A stretch of 64,000 nucleotides of DNA. It comes from Anaeramoeba ignava BMAN (Eukaryota; Protista; Anaeramoebae). The notes beneath the pieces are model-generated. The model saw only the letters and a program-made list of their open reading frames with translations. It did not search any database and was not told the origin of the DNA. Location of the stretch: positions 62,001 through 126,000 of the forward strand of contig JAPDFW010000076.1 of NCBI GenBank assembly GCA_028826165.1, read 5' to 3'. The first letter of the stretch is position 1. Each line of letters starts with the position of its first letter. The position numbers were made by a program, and so were the translations under genes. Below are positions 47,620 through 59,029 of this stretch, one piece after another.

Positions 47620-50583
47620 TTGATTTAACAATCTTTATTTAATATTAATTTAATATAAATTTATAATTAATTTATTATTAATTTCTATTTCCATTTTATT
47701 AATAATTTAATTAAAATATTTTTTAATTAATTAATATTTTAATTTCTTTTTTTTTTAATTTTAATTTTAAAAATTTTAATTTTTTTTTTTAATATAAATT
47801 TATAATTAATTTTTTAAAATTAATTTTATTTCCATTTTATTAAAATTTAATCAAAAATATTTTTAAAATTGGAAAAATTTTATTTAATAATTTATTAAAT
47901 TTTGATTTAAATTTTTATTTATTATTAATTTAATATAAAATTTATAATTAATTTATTATTAATTTCTATTTCATTTTATTTTTAATTTAATTAAAACATT
48001 TTTTAATCAATTATTATTATTAATTTCTATTTAATAATTTAATTTTAATTTTTTTTTAATAATTTTTATTTTTTTTATTAATTATTTTTAAAATTAATTA
48101 TAATTTTTATTTTTTCAAAAATAATTTTAATTTTCAAAATAAATTTAATTAAAATATTTTAATCAATTTATTAATTAATTTTTTTTAATAATTTTTTAAT
48201 TCATTTAATAATTTTTATTTAATATTAATTTAATATAAATTTATAATTAATTTATTATTAATTTCTATTTCCATTTTATTAATAATTTAATTAAAATATT
48301 TTAATCAATTTAATATTAATTTCTATTTAATAATTTATTAATTTTAATTAAAAATTTTTATTTAATATTAATTAATAATAAATTTTATAATTAATTTATT
48401 ATTAATTTCTATTTCCATTTTATTAATAATTTAATTAAAATATTTTAATTAATTTATTATTAATTTCTATTTAATAATTTATTAAAATTTTGATTTAATA
48501 ATTTTTATTTAATATTAATTTAATATAAATTTATAATTAATTTATTATTAATTTCTATTTCCATTTTATTAATAATTTAATTAAAAATATTTTTAATTAA
48601 TTTATTATTAATTTCTATTTAATAATTTATTAATTTTAATTTAATAATTTTTATTTAATATTAATTTAATATAAATTTATAATTAATTTATTATTAATTT
48701 CTATTTCCATTTTATTAATAATTTAATCAAAATATTTTAATTAATTTATTATTAATTTCTATTTAATAATTTATTAATTTTGATTTAATAATTTTTATTT
48801 AATATTAATTTAATATAAATTTATAATTAATTTATTATTAATTTCTATTTCCATTTTATTAATAAATTTAATTAAAATATTTTAATCAATTTATTATTAA
48901 TTTCTATTTAATAATTTATTAAATTTGATTTAATAATTTTTATTTAATATTAATTTAATATAAATTTATAATTAATTTATTATTAATTTCTATTTCCATT
49001 TTATTAATAATTTTAAATAAAATATTTTAATCAATTTAATATTAATTTCTGTTTAATAATTTATTAATTTTGATTTAATAATCTTTATTTAATATTAATT
49101 TAATATAAATTTATAATTAATTTATTATTAATTTCTATTTCCATTTTATTAATAATTTAATTAAAATATTTTAATCAATTTATTATTAATTTCTATTTAA
49201 TAATTTATTAATTTTGATTTAATAATTTTTATTTAATATTAATTTAATATAAATTTATAATTAATTTATTATTAATTTCTATTTCCATTTTATTAATAAT
49301 TTAATTAAAATATTTTAATTAATTTATTATTAATTTCTATTTAATAATTTATTAATTTTGATTTAATAATTTTATTTAATATTAATTTAATATAAATTTA
49401 TAATTAATTTATTATTAATTTCTATTTCCATTTTATTAATAATTTAATTAAAATATTTTAATCAATTTATTATTAATTTCTATTTAATAATTTATTAATT
49501 TTGATTTAATAATTTTTATTTAATATTAATTTAATATAAATTTATAATTAATTTATTATTAATTTCTATTTCCATTTTATTAATAATTTAATTAAAATAT
49601 TTAATCAATTTTAATATTAATTTCTATTTAATAATTTATTAATTTTGATTTAATAATTTTATTTAATATTAATTTAATATAAATTTATAATTAATTTATT
49701 ATTAATTTCTATTTCCATTTTATTAATAATTTAATTAAAATATTTTAATCAATTTATTATTAATTTCTATTTAATAATTTATTAATTTTGATTTAATAAT
49801 TTTTATTTAATATAATTTAATATAAATTTATAATTAATTTATTATTAATTTCTATTTCCATTTTATTAATAATTTATCAAAAAATATTTTAAATCAATTT
49901 AATATTAATTTCTGTTTAATAATTTATTAATTTTAATTTAATAATTTTTATTTTAATATTAATTTAATATAAATTTATAATTAATTTATTATTAATTTCT
50001 ATTTCCATTTTATTATTAATTTAATTAAAATATTTTAATAAATTTATTATTAATTTAAATTTAATAATTTATTAATTTTTAATTTAATAATTTTTATTTA
50101 ATATTAATTTAATATAAATTTAATATTAATTTATTATTAATTTCTATTTCCATTTTTTTATTAATAATTTAATTAAAATATTTTAATCAATTTATTATTA
50201 ATTTCTGATTTAATAATTTATTAATTTTAATTTAATAATTTTTATTTAATATTAATTTAATATAAATTTATAATTAATTTATTATTAATTTCTATTTCCA
50301 TTTTATTAATAATTTAATTAAAATATTTTAATTAATTTATTATTAATTTCTATTTAATAATTTATTAATTTTGATTTAATAATTTTTATTTAATATTAAT
50401 TTAATATAAATTTATAATTAATTTATTATTAATTTCTATTTCCATTTTATTAATAATTTAATTAAAATATTTTAATCAATTTATTATTAATTTCTATTTA
50501 ATAATTTATTAATTTTGATTTAATAATTTTTATTTAATATTAATTTAATATAAATTTATAATTAATTTATTATTAATTTCTAT
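47620..50583. repeat. Tandem satellite with a ~143-144-bp unit, about 20 copies, degenerate at the left end
   Basis: The TTCCATTTT landmark recurs at about 49141, 49285, 49428, 49572, 49715 and 49858; the unit contains AATTTATTATTAATTTCTATTT twice. Confidence 0.93.
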
Positions 50584-50703
50584 GCCCCAAAAAAAGAAAT
50601 TAGAAATCAAAAAATAGAAATTTTTTTTTCATTTTTTTTTTTTCATTTTTACTTTTCATTCTAACAAAATTGAAATTTCAAAAAAAAAATATAAAGCAAA
50701 AAA

Positions 50704-52426
50704 ATGAACGTACCAGAAGAGTTTTCAGGATATTTAACAAAGAGAGGAGCACGAGTTCATACATGGAGATCGAGATTTTTTGTTCTAAATCAAAAAGAAT
50801 TACAATATTTTTCAACAAAAGAATCATATGAAAAAAAGGGGAAAAAAAAAGGATCAATTCATCTTGGATATGAAACAAGAATTGGTGTGAATTTTATAGT
50901 CTCTTTCTTAAATATCCAAATCTAAATAAAAACAAAAAACAAAACAAAATAATTGAAAATAAAAAAATAAGGAGTTGCCGATTTTGAAGAAAATAAGGAA
51001 AAACCATTTTCTTTTTATCTAAGAAAACCTTACAGAACTTATTTATTTTTTGCGAGCAGTTTGGATGAAAGAACCAAATGGCTTTCTTCTATTATAGAAC
51101 ATATTAATTTTCCAGACCAAACTTCTTGCGAAAAAATTTATGAATTTCCTCCACTTTATCCAGATCCTTCACATCCTTTTTCTTCCAAAGATGAAGAGGT
51201 ATAATTTCGATTTTATAAATGAATTTTAATTATAATTTCAATTTTATAAATGAATTTTAATTTCAATTTTAATTTTATAAATGAATTTTAATTTTAATAG
51301 GAATATTTTAAATCTTTATTTGTAGTTGGTTTACCTAAAGATTCTACTCAAGAAATTATAACAAAATATTTCCAACAATCAAACGAAAATATTACAAATT
51401 TAGACTCGAAATTGTATCTATTTAAAGCATTGAAAAATTTTGAAAAACAAACAATTTTTTTTTATCAACAAATAACACTTTAAAATTATAATAGAATATT
51501 TAAATCAAAAAGAAATACTTCTTGGGTTGCTTTTAAATTTCATAATTTCCAGCAAGTCCTTAAAATTAAGGAATTCATTGAAACAACACCTTTTATTTTT
51601 AACAGTAATGAATTTTATCTTTCTGCTTTGATTCCGCGATGCAGGTTCGAAGATCTTAAAGAAATTAAATGGGATGCATCGTAAATATTCACATTATAAA
51701 TTTAGAATCAAAATCCAAAATTAATTTGAGAATTTCAATCCTTTTTTATTATTAATAATAATAAAAAAAAGTGAAAATACATCAGAAAATACTGATGATA
51801 TTTACTTACTTTCTCATAAATATAATTCAATTTATCGCATTGAAATTGACAAAAACAATTCTTCATCTCGAGACGAAATTGCCAAAAAATTCGATGTTGA
51901 TCATTATTATATTCAAAAAATTCCGAACAATCAAAATCCAAAAAATAATTCACATGAAAAATATCTAGTTGGCTTACATTTTGGTTTTTTTCCACAAAAT
52001 TTAAAATATTTTTCATTGACTCTTCATTGCTTGAAACTTGGAAAAACAATTAATTTAAATTTGGAAATCAAAAACGATGAAATCAAAACATCTGAATCAA
52101 AAAAGGAATTCCTTTCAAAACAAAAAACAAAAGGATCACGATTTTCTTTTGAGGATTTGATTATCAATTCAGAAACAACTCCTCCTATTAAAAATGTGTT
52201 AACAAATACTATTTTCAAAATCAAAGAATTGCAAAGTAAAGAAGAAGATTTGTTTCTTTTAATTGGAAATGAAATATTGGATTATAATCAAAATCTTCCT
52301 GCTCAACTTAATTTAATTGAAGCTTTTCTTTTCCAAAAATCAAATGATTTCCAAAATGAAAATCAATATGAAAATCAAAATCAAAATGAAAATAAAAATT
52401 TAGATGAATCTGAAAAAGAAAAATAA
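50704..52426 (+). CDS. PH-domain protein with a following RRM-like domain; exons 50704-50884, 50972-51198, 51301-51413, 51495-51680, 51772-52426
   Basis: PH: GYLTKRGARVHTWRSRFFVL...LQYF...KGSIHL...RTYLFFASSLDERTKWLSSI. RNP2-like KSLFVVGLPKDSTQEIITKYF. Intron phases are consistent. Confidence 0.8.
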
Positions 52427-52549
52427 AAATAATAATAATCATAATAATTATCAATTTCCATCTTTTGTTTTATTTAAAAAAAATTTAACTTCAAATCCAA
52501 AAAAAAAAATAAATCAAAAAAATATTTTTTCATTTTTTCATTTTTTTTA

Positions 52550-53344
52550 ATGGGATTTCATTCAATTCAAAAACCAAAAGATAATCAAAAACCAAATTTA
52601 GAAGAAGAAGAAGAAATCAAACATATTCAATCAAACACAATATTATTTCTTTCCGAAACAGAAAATGAAGGAATAGGAACACTTTACGTTACAACAAAGT
52701 AATAATAAAAAAAAATTAATTATAAATTATATAAATATTTATTTAAATCAAATAGAAATGTAATTTGGTTCAGTAATTCAACTCAAAAAGCATATTCAGT
52801 TGATTTTCCATCAGTTATTCTTCATGCAATTTCAAGAACAGAAAATTCAATCAAAAATGAAAATGATATTGAGAATCAAAATATTGATTTTAACTTTACT
52901 TCTTTACTTTGTCAAGTTAGGATTCAATCAAATAATAACGAAGAAAAGAAAATTGATGAATTTTCATCAGATGAATTAGAAAATGAATTTAAAATTATTA
53001 AATTTATCTTTCCAGAACAATTTATGAAGGATGTTTATAAAGTTTTTTGTGAATGTTCTGCTTTGAATCTTGATCCTTTAACTGATTCAAGTAGTGATGA
53101 AATGGATACAAATGAAAATCCTCAATTTTTTATTAATTATAATGACCAAATTCAACAAATGTTTGAAAATGGAGTTTTTGATAATTCTATGCAAGAAGAA
53201 AAAGAAAATGAAAATGAAAATGAAAATCAAAATCAAAATGAAAATCAAAATCAAAATCAAAATCAAAATCTAAAATCAAAATCAAAATCAAAATCAAAAT
53301 CAAAATCAAAATCAAAATCAAAATCAAAATCAAAATCAAAATGA
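52550..53344 (+). CDS. CLNS1A: Methylosome subunit pICln (Voldacs/PH-like); exons 52550-52698 and 52756-~53344
   Basis: GIGTLYVTTKNVIWFS, DFPSVILHAISR, LLCQV, DVYKVFCECSALNLDP and acidic patches. The 3' end runs into (AATCAA)n, so the stop position is uncertain. Confidence 0.88.
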
Positions 53345-53757
53345 AAATGAAAATCAAAATCAAAATGAAAATGAAAATCAAAATCAAAATGAAAATCAAA
53401 ATCAAAATGAAAATTAAAATCAAAATCTAAATCAAAATCTAAATTAAAATAAATTTGAAAATCAAAATCAAAAATGAAAATCAAAAAAAAATTAAAATCA
53501 AAATCAAAATCAAAATGAAAATCAAAATCAAAATCAAAATCAAAATGAAAATGAAAATCAAAATCAAAATGAAAATCAAAATCAAAATGAAAATTAAAAT
53601 CAAAATCTAAATCTAAATCAAAATTAAAATCAAAATCAAAATAAAAATCAAAATCAAAATCAAAATCAAAATCAAAATCAAAATGAAAATCAAAATTAAA
53701 ATCAAAATTAAAATCAAATTGAAAATCAAAATGAAAATTAAAATGAAAATTAAAATG
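53205..53757 (+). repeat. (AAAATC/AAAATG)n hexamer tract overlapping the pICln 3' end
   Basis: Direct reading of the sequence. Confidence 0.88.
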
Positions 53758-53822
53758 ATTTTATTAAAATTCTAGAAATAAATCTTCTTTTAATATCTAT
53801 TCCTTTCTATTTTTATTTTTTT

Positions 53823-55723
53823 TTAAATCTTTTCATTCTCAATTACTTTCATAAATTCTGAATTTAATTTATCTAAATAATCTTGTTGAAATGGACAAAA
53901 AGAAGGATCTTTTTCTTTTAATTTTTCAAATAAAATTTTCCAATCAATTAATTTAATTTCTGAAACTTCAGATTCTTGTAAAACAAAAGATTTTAAATCA
54001 TTAATATCCATTAGTAACAAATAAACATTTGCTAATTCATTATCTATAATTTTTCCTTCATTTAATTCAACTTTAACTTTATATTGAAAGATTTTTTTAA
54101 GATTTTTAGAAAGTTCATCAGTTAAAATTAATCCAATTTCTTCTTCTAATTCTTTTTTAATTGTTTCTAATTCTGAATCACCAGAAGAAATATGTCCAGC
54201 AACAGAAATATCATATAAATCAGGAAGAACAATTTTTCTTTTTGCTCTTTTTTGAATTAAAACTTTTTTTGTTTTTGGGCTAATTTTTTAAATATAATTT
54301 TCAATTTTAATTTTGATTTTAATTTTCAATTTTAATTTTGATTTTAATTTTAATTTTAATTTTAATTTTAATTTTAATTTTAATTTTAATTTTAATTTTA
54401 ATTTTAATTTTAATTTTAATTTTAATTTTAATTTTGATTTTGATTTTGATTTTGATTTTAATTTTAATTTTATAAATGAATTTTAATTTTAATTTTAATT
54501 TTAATTTTAATTTTAATTTTAATTTTAATTTTAATTTTAATTTTAATTTTAATTTTGATTTTGATTTTAATTTTATAAATGAATTAAAATTTTAATTTTA
54601 ATTTTGATTTTAATTTTAATTTTAATTTTTAATTTTAATTTTAATTATAATTTTAATTTTATAAATGAATTTTAATTTTAATTTTTGAATTGATTTAAGT
54701 TTGAAAGACTTGTAAATCTACTTTAAAATCCAGATATGAACAGAACCATGAAAAAAACCTTTTTGATGAACAATATTTCGAGGAACTATTTGTCCATTTG
54801 GAATCCAAGTATCTTCATCCAAAACATCAAACATTTCAGGTAATTTAAGAGTATAAACATGAACAACACTTCTAATTTCAACAGGACCAGGGTCTTTAGG
54901 GAACATTGGGCCTGTATTTTTATCTGAAAAATGTTCAACTATAAAACCACATTCTTTTGCAAGATCAAAAAATTTCAAGTCCTTTTCCATTAAATAAGGG
55001 CGATGATGCGAAAATGCAACAATCACAATTCCTGAGCCATCAAGTCGAAGGCAATCCTTGCATGTTTTCAGTAATTTTTCATGTTCATTATGATTAAAAA
55101 TTAAATCGGATAAAATTATAATATCAAATTTCTCGTTTTGATTTGATTTTTCTTCTTCAAAAATAATGGTTTCAAAATTGAATCGGTTGGCTTTCCCCAA
55201 AGATAAGGAAGTACAGTATAATTATTGGGTTTTTTTTGTGAGATATTCATTTCAAAATTTTTTTTTATGTTTTGAATGATTTCATCTTCAGGAAAATCAG
55301 TTGTAACAACCATTCTTGAATTTAATAAAGCAGCAACAATAGATGGTAGGCCAGCGCCAGCACCCAATTCAAGAACACTTTTGCAGTTTAATATTATGAT
55401 AAAGCATAATTGATTGTTATTGATTTTTTGTGATATTTAGAAGTCAAAAAGAAATTATATTTTTCTCCTTTTAAAAAAATTTTTTCGACTTTTTTCTTGT
55501 TTATTTACTTTTTGTTTTGACAACTAAAAACTTCTTCTTCAAAAAGTTTTGCAATTATTATTGATGCATTCCAAAGACAATGTGCCCAAAGGCTGTGTTT
55601 TTTTATTAAATTTAATTTTATTATTTGATTGTTTTTTGTTTTATATTCTGTTGTTGAAGGTTTTGTTTCTTGATAATAATTTTGAGGTTCTTCAAACATT
55701 TCTGCAAAAAGATTATCTGACAT
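53823..55723 (-). CDS. EFM7: EFM7/NNT1-type (Methyltransf_16) protein methyltransferase fused to a Nudix (IDI-like/NUDT3-like) domain; exons 55723-55509, 55377-54722 (one frameshift near 55160), 54279-53823
   Basis: MTase: HSLWAHCLWNAS, VLELGAGAGLPS, VVTTDFP, YLWG, DIIILSDLIFNH, FSHHRP, PMFPKDPG...VRSVVH. The frame continues directly into EMFDVLDE...RNIVHQKGFFHGSVHIWI...LIQKRA...YDISVAGHISSGDSELETIKKELEEEIGL (Nudix box)...LQESEVSE. Confidence 0.85.
54296..54690. repeat. (AATTTT/GATTTT)n hexamer tract inside the intron of the Nudix domain
   Basis: Direct reading of the sequence. Confidence 0.88.
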
Positions 55724-55757
55724 TTTTTAAAAAGAAAAAAAATGAAAAAATGAAAAA

Positions 55758-56512
55758 ATTTTGATTTGATTTTGATTTTGATTTTGATTTTAATTTTGAA
55801 TGAAATTTTGATTTTGATTTTGATTTTGATTTGATTTGATTTTGATTTTGAATTGAAAAAATAAAAAATTTTGATTTTGATTTTGATTTGATTTGATTTG
55901 ATTTTGATTTTGATTTTGATTTTGATTTGAATTTAAATTTGATTTTGATTTGATTTAAATTTGATTTTGATTTCATTTGATTTCATTTGATTTTTTTGAA
56001 TTGATATTGATATTGATTTGATTGAAATTTTGAAAAAGTTTGATTTTGATTTTGATTTGATTTGATTTTTGATTTTGAAAACCAAAATTGAAAAATTTGA
56101 AAAATTTTGATTTTTGATTTGATTTTGATTTGAGAAATTTTCATGAAAAATGGAATTGAAAAATTTGATTTTTTGATTTAAATTTTGATTTTGAAATTGA
56201 TTTGATTTTGATTTTGATTTTGATTTTTGATTTTGATTTAAAGATTTGGAATTGAAAAATGAAAAATGAAAAATTTTGATTTGATTTGATTTTGATTTGA
56301 TTTGATTTTGATTTTGATTTTGATTTGATTTTGATATTGATTTTGATTTTGATTTTGATTTTGATTTTGATTTTAATTTTGATTTTGGTTTTGATTTTGA
56401 TTTTGATTTAAATTGAAAAAAAAAGATTTGGAATTGAAAAAATGAAAAAATTTTGATTTTGATTTTGATTTGATTTGATTTAAATTTTGATTTTGATTTT
56501 GATTTGGAATTG
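55758..56512. repeat. Degenerate (TTTGAT)n intergenic tract
   Basis: Direct reading of the sequence. Confidence 0.85.
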
Positions 56513-56527
56513 AAAAAAAAAAAGAAA

Positions 56528-58600
56528 TTAAAATAATCCCAAAATTAATGTGATTGCTAAAACCAAAAATGAAAAAAGAAATTGTTGACTTGAAGAAGTA
56601 AATGGGTTTGTAAATTTGACTTGATAAAGAGTGATTGGTGTTGTTCCTTGATTCAAGATATATCCAATACTTGTCGATATATCAACATAATAGAGATAAT
56701 CAGAAAATAATTTTGAATCGAAAGGGAGTTGTATAATTAAATCATTATAAAGTGTTGCAATTTGAATTAGTGCATATTCTGTCGATTGAGTATCTGCATT
56801 ATAATAATCGATCACAAAAAATACGAAAGTGTCACTAGGATCAATAATAGAGCCATATGCACTATTAAATTCGTGGTTCATCCAATTGCCGATACTTTGC
56901 ATATCCTGTAAATTGAAGTAAGCAAAGCTATATCCAATAATAGTAAAATAAAGACGTTGGTGAGATTTATCAAGAACTGGGAAACTCATGTAATGACCTG
57001 TTAAATTTCCTAAAGCAATTTGAGTGAAAGTTGATAATTCAATTTTAGGAAGAAGATAACCCGAGCCATATTCATCGTTATCTTTGATCCAGACATAAAT
57101 ATAACCATGTCCAGAATCTAAAAACAAGCCATAAAAGGTGTCAGCGTTTGAAAAAAGGACGGATTGATCAATTGCTAAATCAGGACAACTAATTTTGAGC
57201 AAGTAATTATTACTATCACTATCATTAGCAAATGTTGCATAAATAAAATGTGTGTCTGAATCAAAGGTAATGTAAGAAGAGGATCCTTCTGTAGAAACCG
57301 TAATAGATTCAGCAATGGAAAAGGTTGACAAGTCTAATTTCAGAACTGATAAAACATCACTATTGAAGAAAAGATACATAAATCCATTTGCGGTATCGAT
57401 TTCTCCATGATATACTGCATATTCCGGCCCAATAATCAAATAGTCGATAATTGAAAAAGATCCAAGATCAATTTTAGCGATGATTCCCTGCAAGCTCTCA
57501 AAGTAAATATATCCTGTTTGATTTACTTCGTCAATCAAAATGAATTCTGGTTTTGTATAAACGATATCTTCACTTTTGTTTCCTTCAGTAAGGGCTGGCA
57601 AATCTACTTGGATAACTCGAGCATCGTCTAGTGATATGTAACCACTTTGGCCAGTTGAATCAAACCCAATTGAATAAGTGTAAGAGCCATTGAAAGAAAA
57701 TGAGTCATCTATTGAAAATGTTCCTAAATTCACTTTCTCCAGATATCCGTTCACAGATAAGAAATAAGCGAATCCATTTGTCACATCGATTCCTGCTCCA
57801 TAGCAAAACCCTGACTGTGATGAAGTCAATTGTCCAACGGATGAGAAAGTGGCTAAATTGATTTTGACAATGCGGAAAGGATCTTGATGTGTTCCAAAAT
57901 AAAGCATCTGATTTGAACTATCAATAACTCCAAACTGCAAGTATTCGGGACCTGACAAACTTACTACAAAACTATCAACTATAGTGAAGTTGGATAAATC
58001 AATTTTTTGGATTGATGAATCTGATCCAGTCGAGCCATCACTTGAAGTATACAAGATTCCGTTAGCAGTATCAAGTAAAGATCCTCTAAAGATACTCGAT
58101 TCAATATTCAGAGCGTCTTCTTCAGTAAAAGATGCTAAATCAACTTTGATAATTGTATCTGGATAATCATATCCAACATAAGCTTTCTGGTTTACTTCAT
58201 CCACTTCAACTTTTACGGCATGATTAGAATATGAAACATTTAGTGTGATTTGATCAGTAACTTTCATTGTGTCCAAATTAATTTTCACAAGGAGAGCTCC
58301 TTGATAATAGGTTGGCACATAAAGAAATTTGTTCACAGTATCAATCCCTCCAGTTTTTGCAGAAGCAATCCCAACATTCATATAATCCACGATCTCAAGT
58401 GTATACAAATTATACTTCCAAAGGTAGATCGTATCCCTTTCATCGAGGAAATAAAGGAATCCTGAGTCTTCATCAATAAATGTTGCAACACTATTCTTAA
58501 TTCCTACTGTAAAATCCAACGAATTGGTTTCATAAATTTCAGATTCAACAAACAAAAAGAAACAAGTTAACGAAACTAAGAAAATAAAAGAAAAGTGCAT
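56528..58600 (-). CDS. Secreted/surface beta-propeller protein with a C-terminal hydrophobic (GPI-signal or TM-like) anchor
   Basis: 690-aa intronless ORF: signal peptide, about 14 repeats of 40-45 aa of the form (G)xIDxxxxxLY......(I/L)xK(I/V)DLxTF, and a terminal SSSQQFLFSFLVLAITLILGLF. Confidence 0.85.
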   Translation of the reverse strand: MHFSFIFLVSLTCFFLFVESEIYETNSLDFTVGIKNSVATFIDEDSGFLYFLDERDTIYLWKYNLYTLEIVDYMNVGIASAKTGGIDTVNKFLYVPTYYQGALLVKINLDTMKVTDQITLNVSYSNHAVKVEVDEVNQKAYVGYDYPDTIIKVDLASFTEEDALNIESSIFRGSLLDTANGILYTSSDGSTGSDSSIQKIDLSNFTIVDSFVVSLSGPEYLQFGVIDSSNQMLYFGTHQDPFRIVKINLATFSSVGQLTSSQSGFCYGAGIDVTNGFAYFLSVNGYLEKVNLGTFSIDDSFSFNGSYTYSIGFDSTGQSGYISLDDARVIQVDLPALTEGNKSEDIVYTKPEFILIDEVNQTGYIYFESLQGIIAKIDLGSFSIIDYLIIGPEYAVYHGEIDTANGFMYLFFNSDVLSVLKLDLSTFSIAESITVSTEGSSSYITFDSDTHFIYATFANDSDSNNYLLKISCPDLAIDQSVLFSNADTFYGLFLDSGHGYIYVWIKDNDEYGSGYLLPKIELSTFTQIALGNLTGHYMSFPVLDKSHQRLYFTIIGYSFAYFNLQDMQSIGNWMNHEFNSAYGSIIDPSDTFVFFVIDYYNADTQSTEYALIQIATLYNDLIIQLPFDSKLFSDYLYYVDISTSIGYILNQGTTPITLYQVKFTNPFTSSSQQFLFSFLVLAITLILGLF

Positions 58601-59029
58601 TTTCTAATTAAAAAATAAGAATTAAATAAGAATTAACAATTAAATAAGAATTAACAATTAATTAAGAATTTTTTATTTATTTGGATTGTTTGCTTTTACT
58701 TGAATTTAATTAATTAAAGAAAAAAAGGTGAGTAGATTTGCTATTGTTTTGATTATTTTGAGATAAAATAACAGAAATAGATTAAAAGAAAGAAATGAAA
58801 TGTTTTTTTTTTTTTTACTTCTCACTTTCAAAAAAAATCAATAAAAAAAAAATTTTTTTTGTAATTGTTTGGTTTTTTATTTTTTATTTTTTATTTTTTT
58901 TTAATCTTTTTTTGCCCCCATAAATAAAATAAATTCTTTTTTATTTTTCTTTTTATTTTTATTTAAAAAAAAAAACGATCAAAAAAGAATTAAAATTTAT
59001 TTTTTTTAAAATTTAAGATTTTATTTTAT

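Noticed and set aside
51414-51494. Possible U12-type intron (donor GTATCT)
   Set aside because: The donor deviates from GTATCCTT and no CCTTAAC-type branch site is evident.
53823-54840. Type 1 IPP isomerase
   Set aside because: The fold is related, but the catalytic Cys motif is replaced by SVAGH; called a Nudix/IDI-like domain only.
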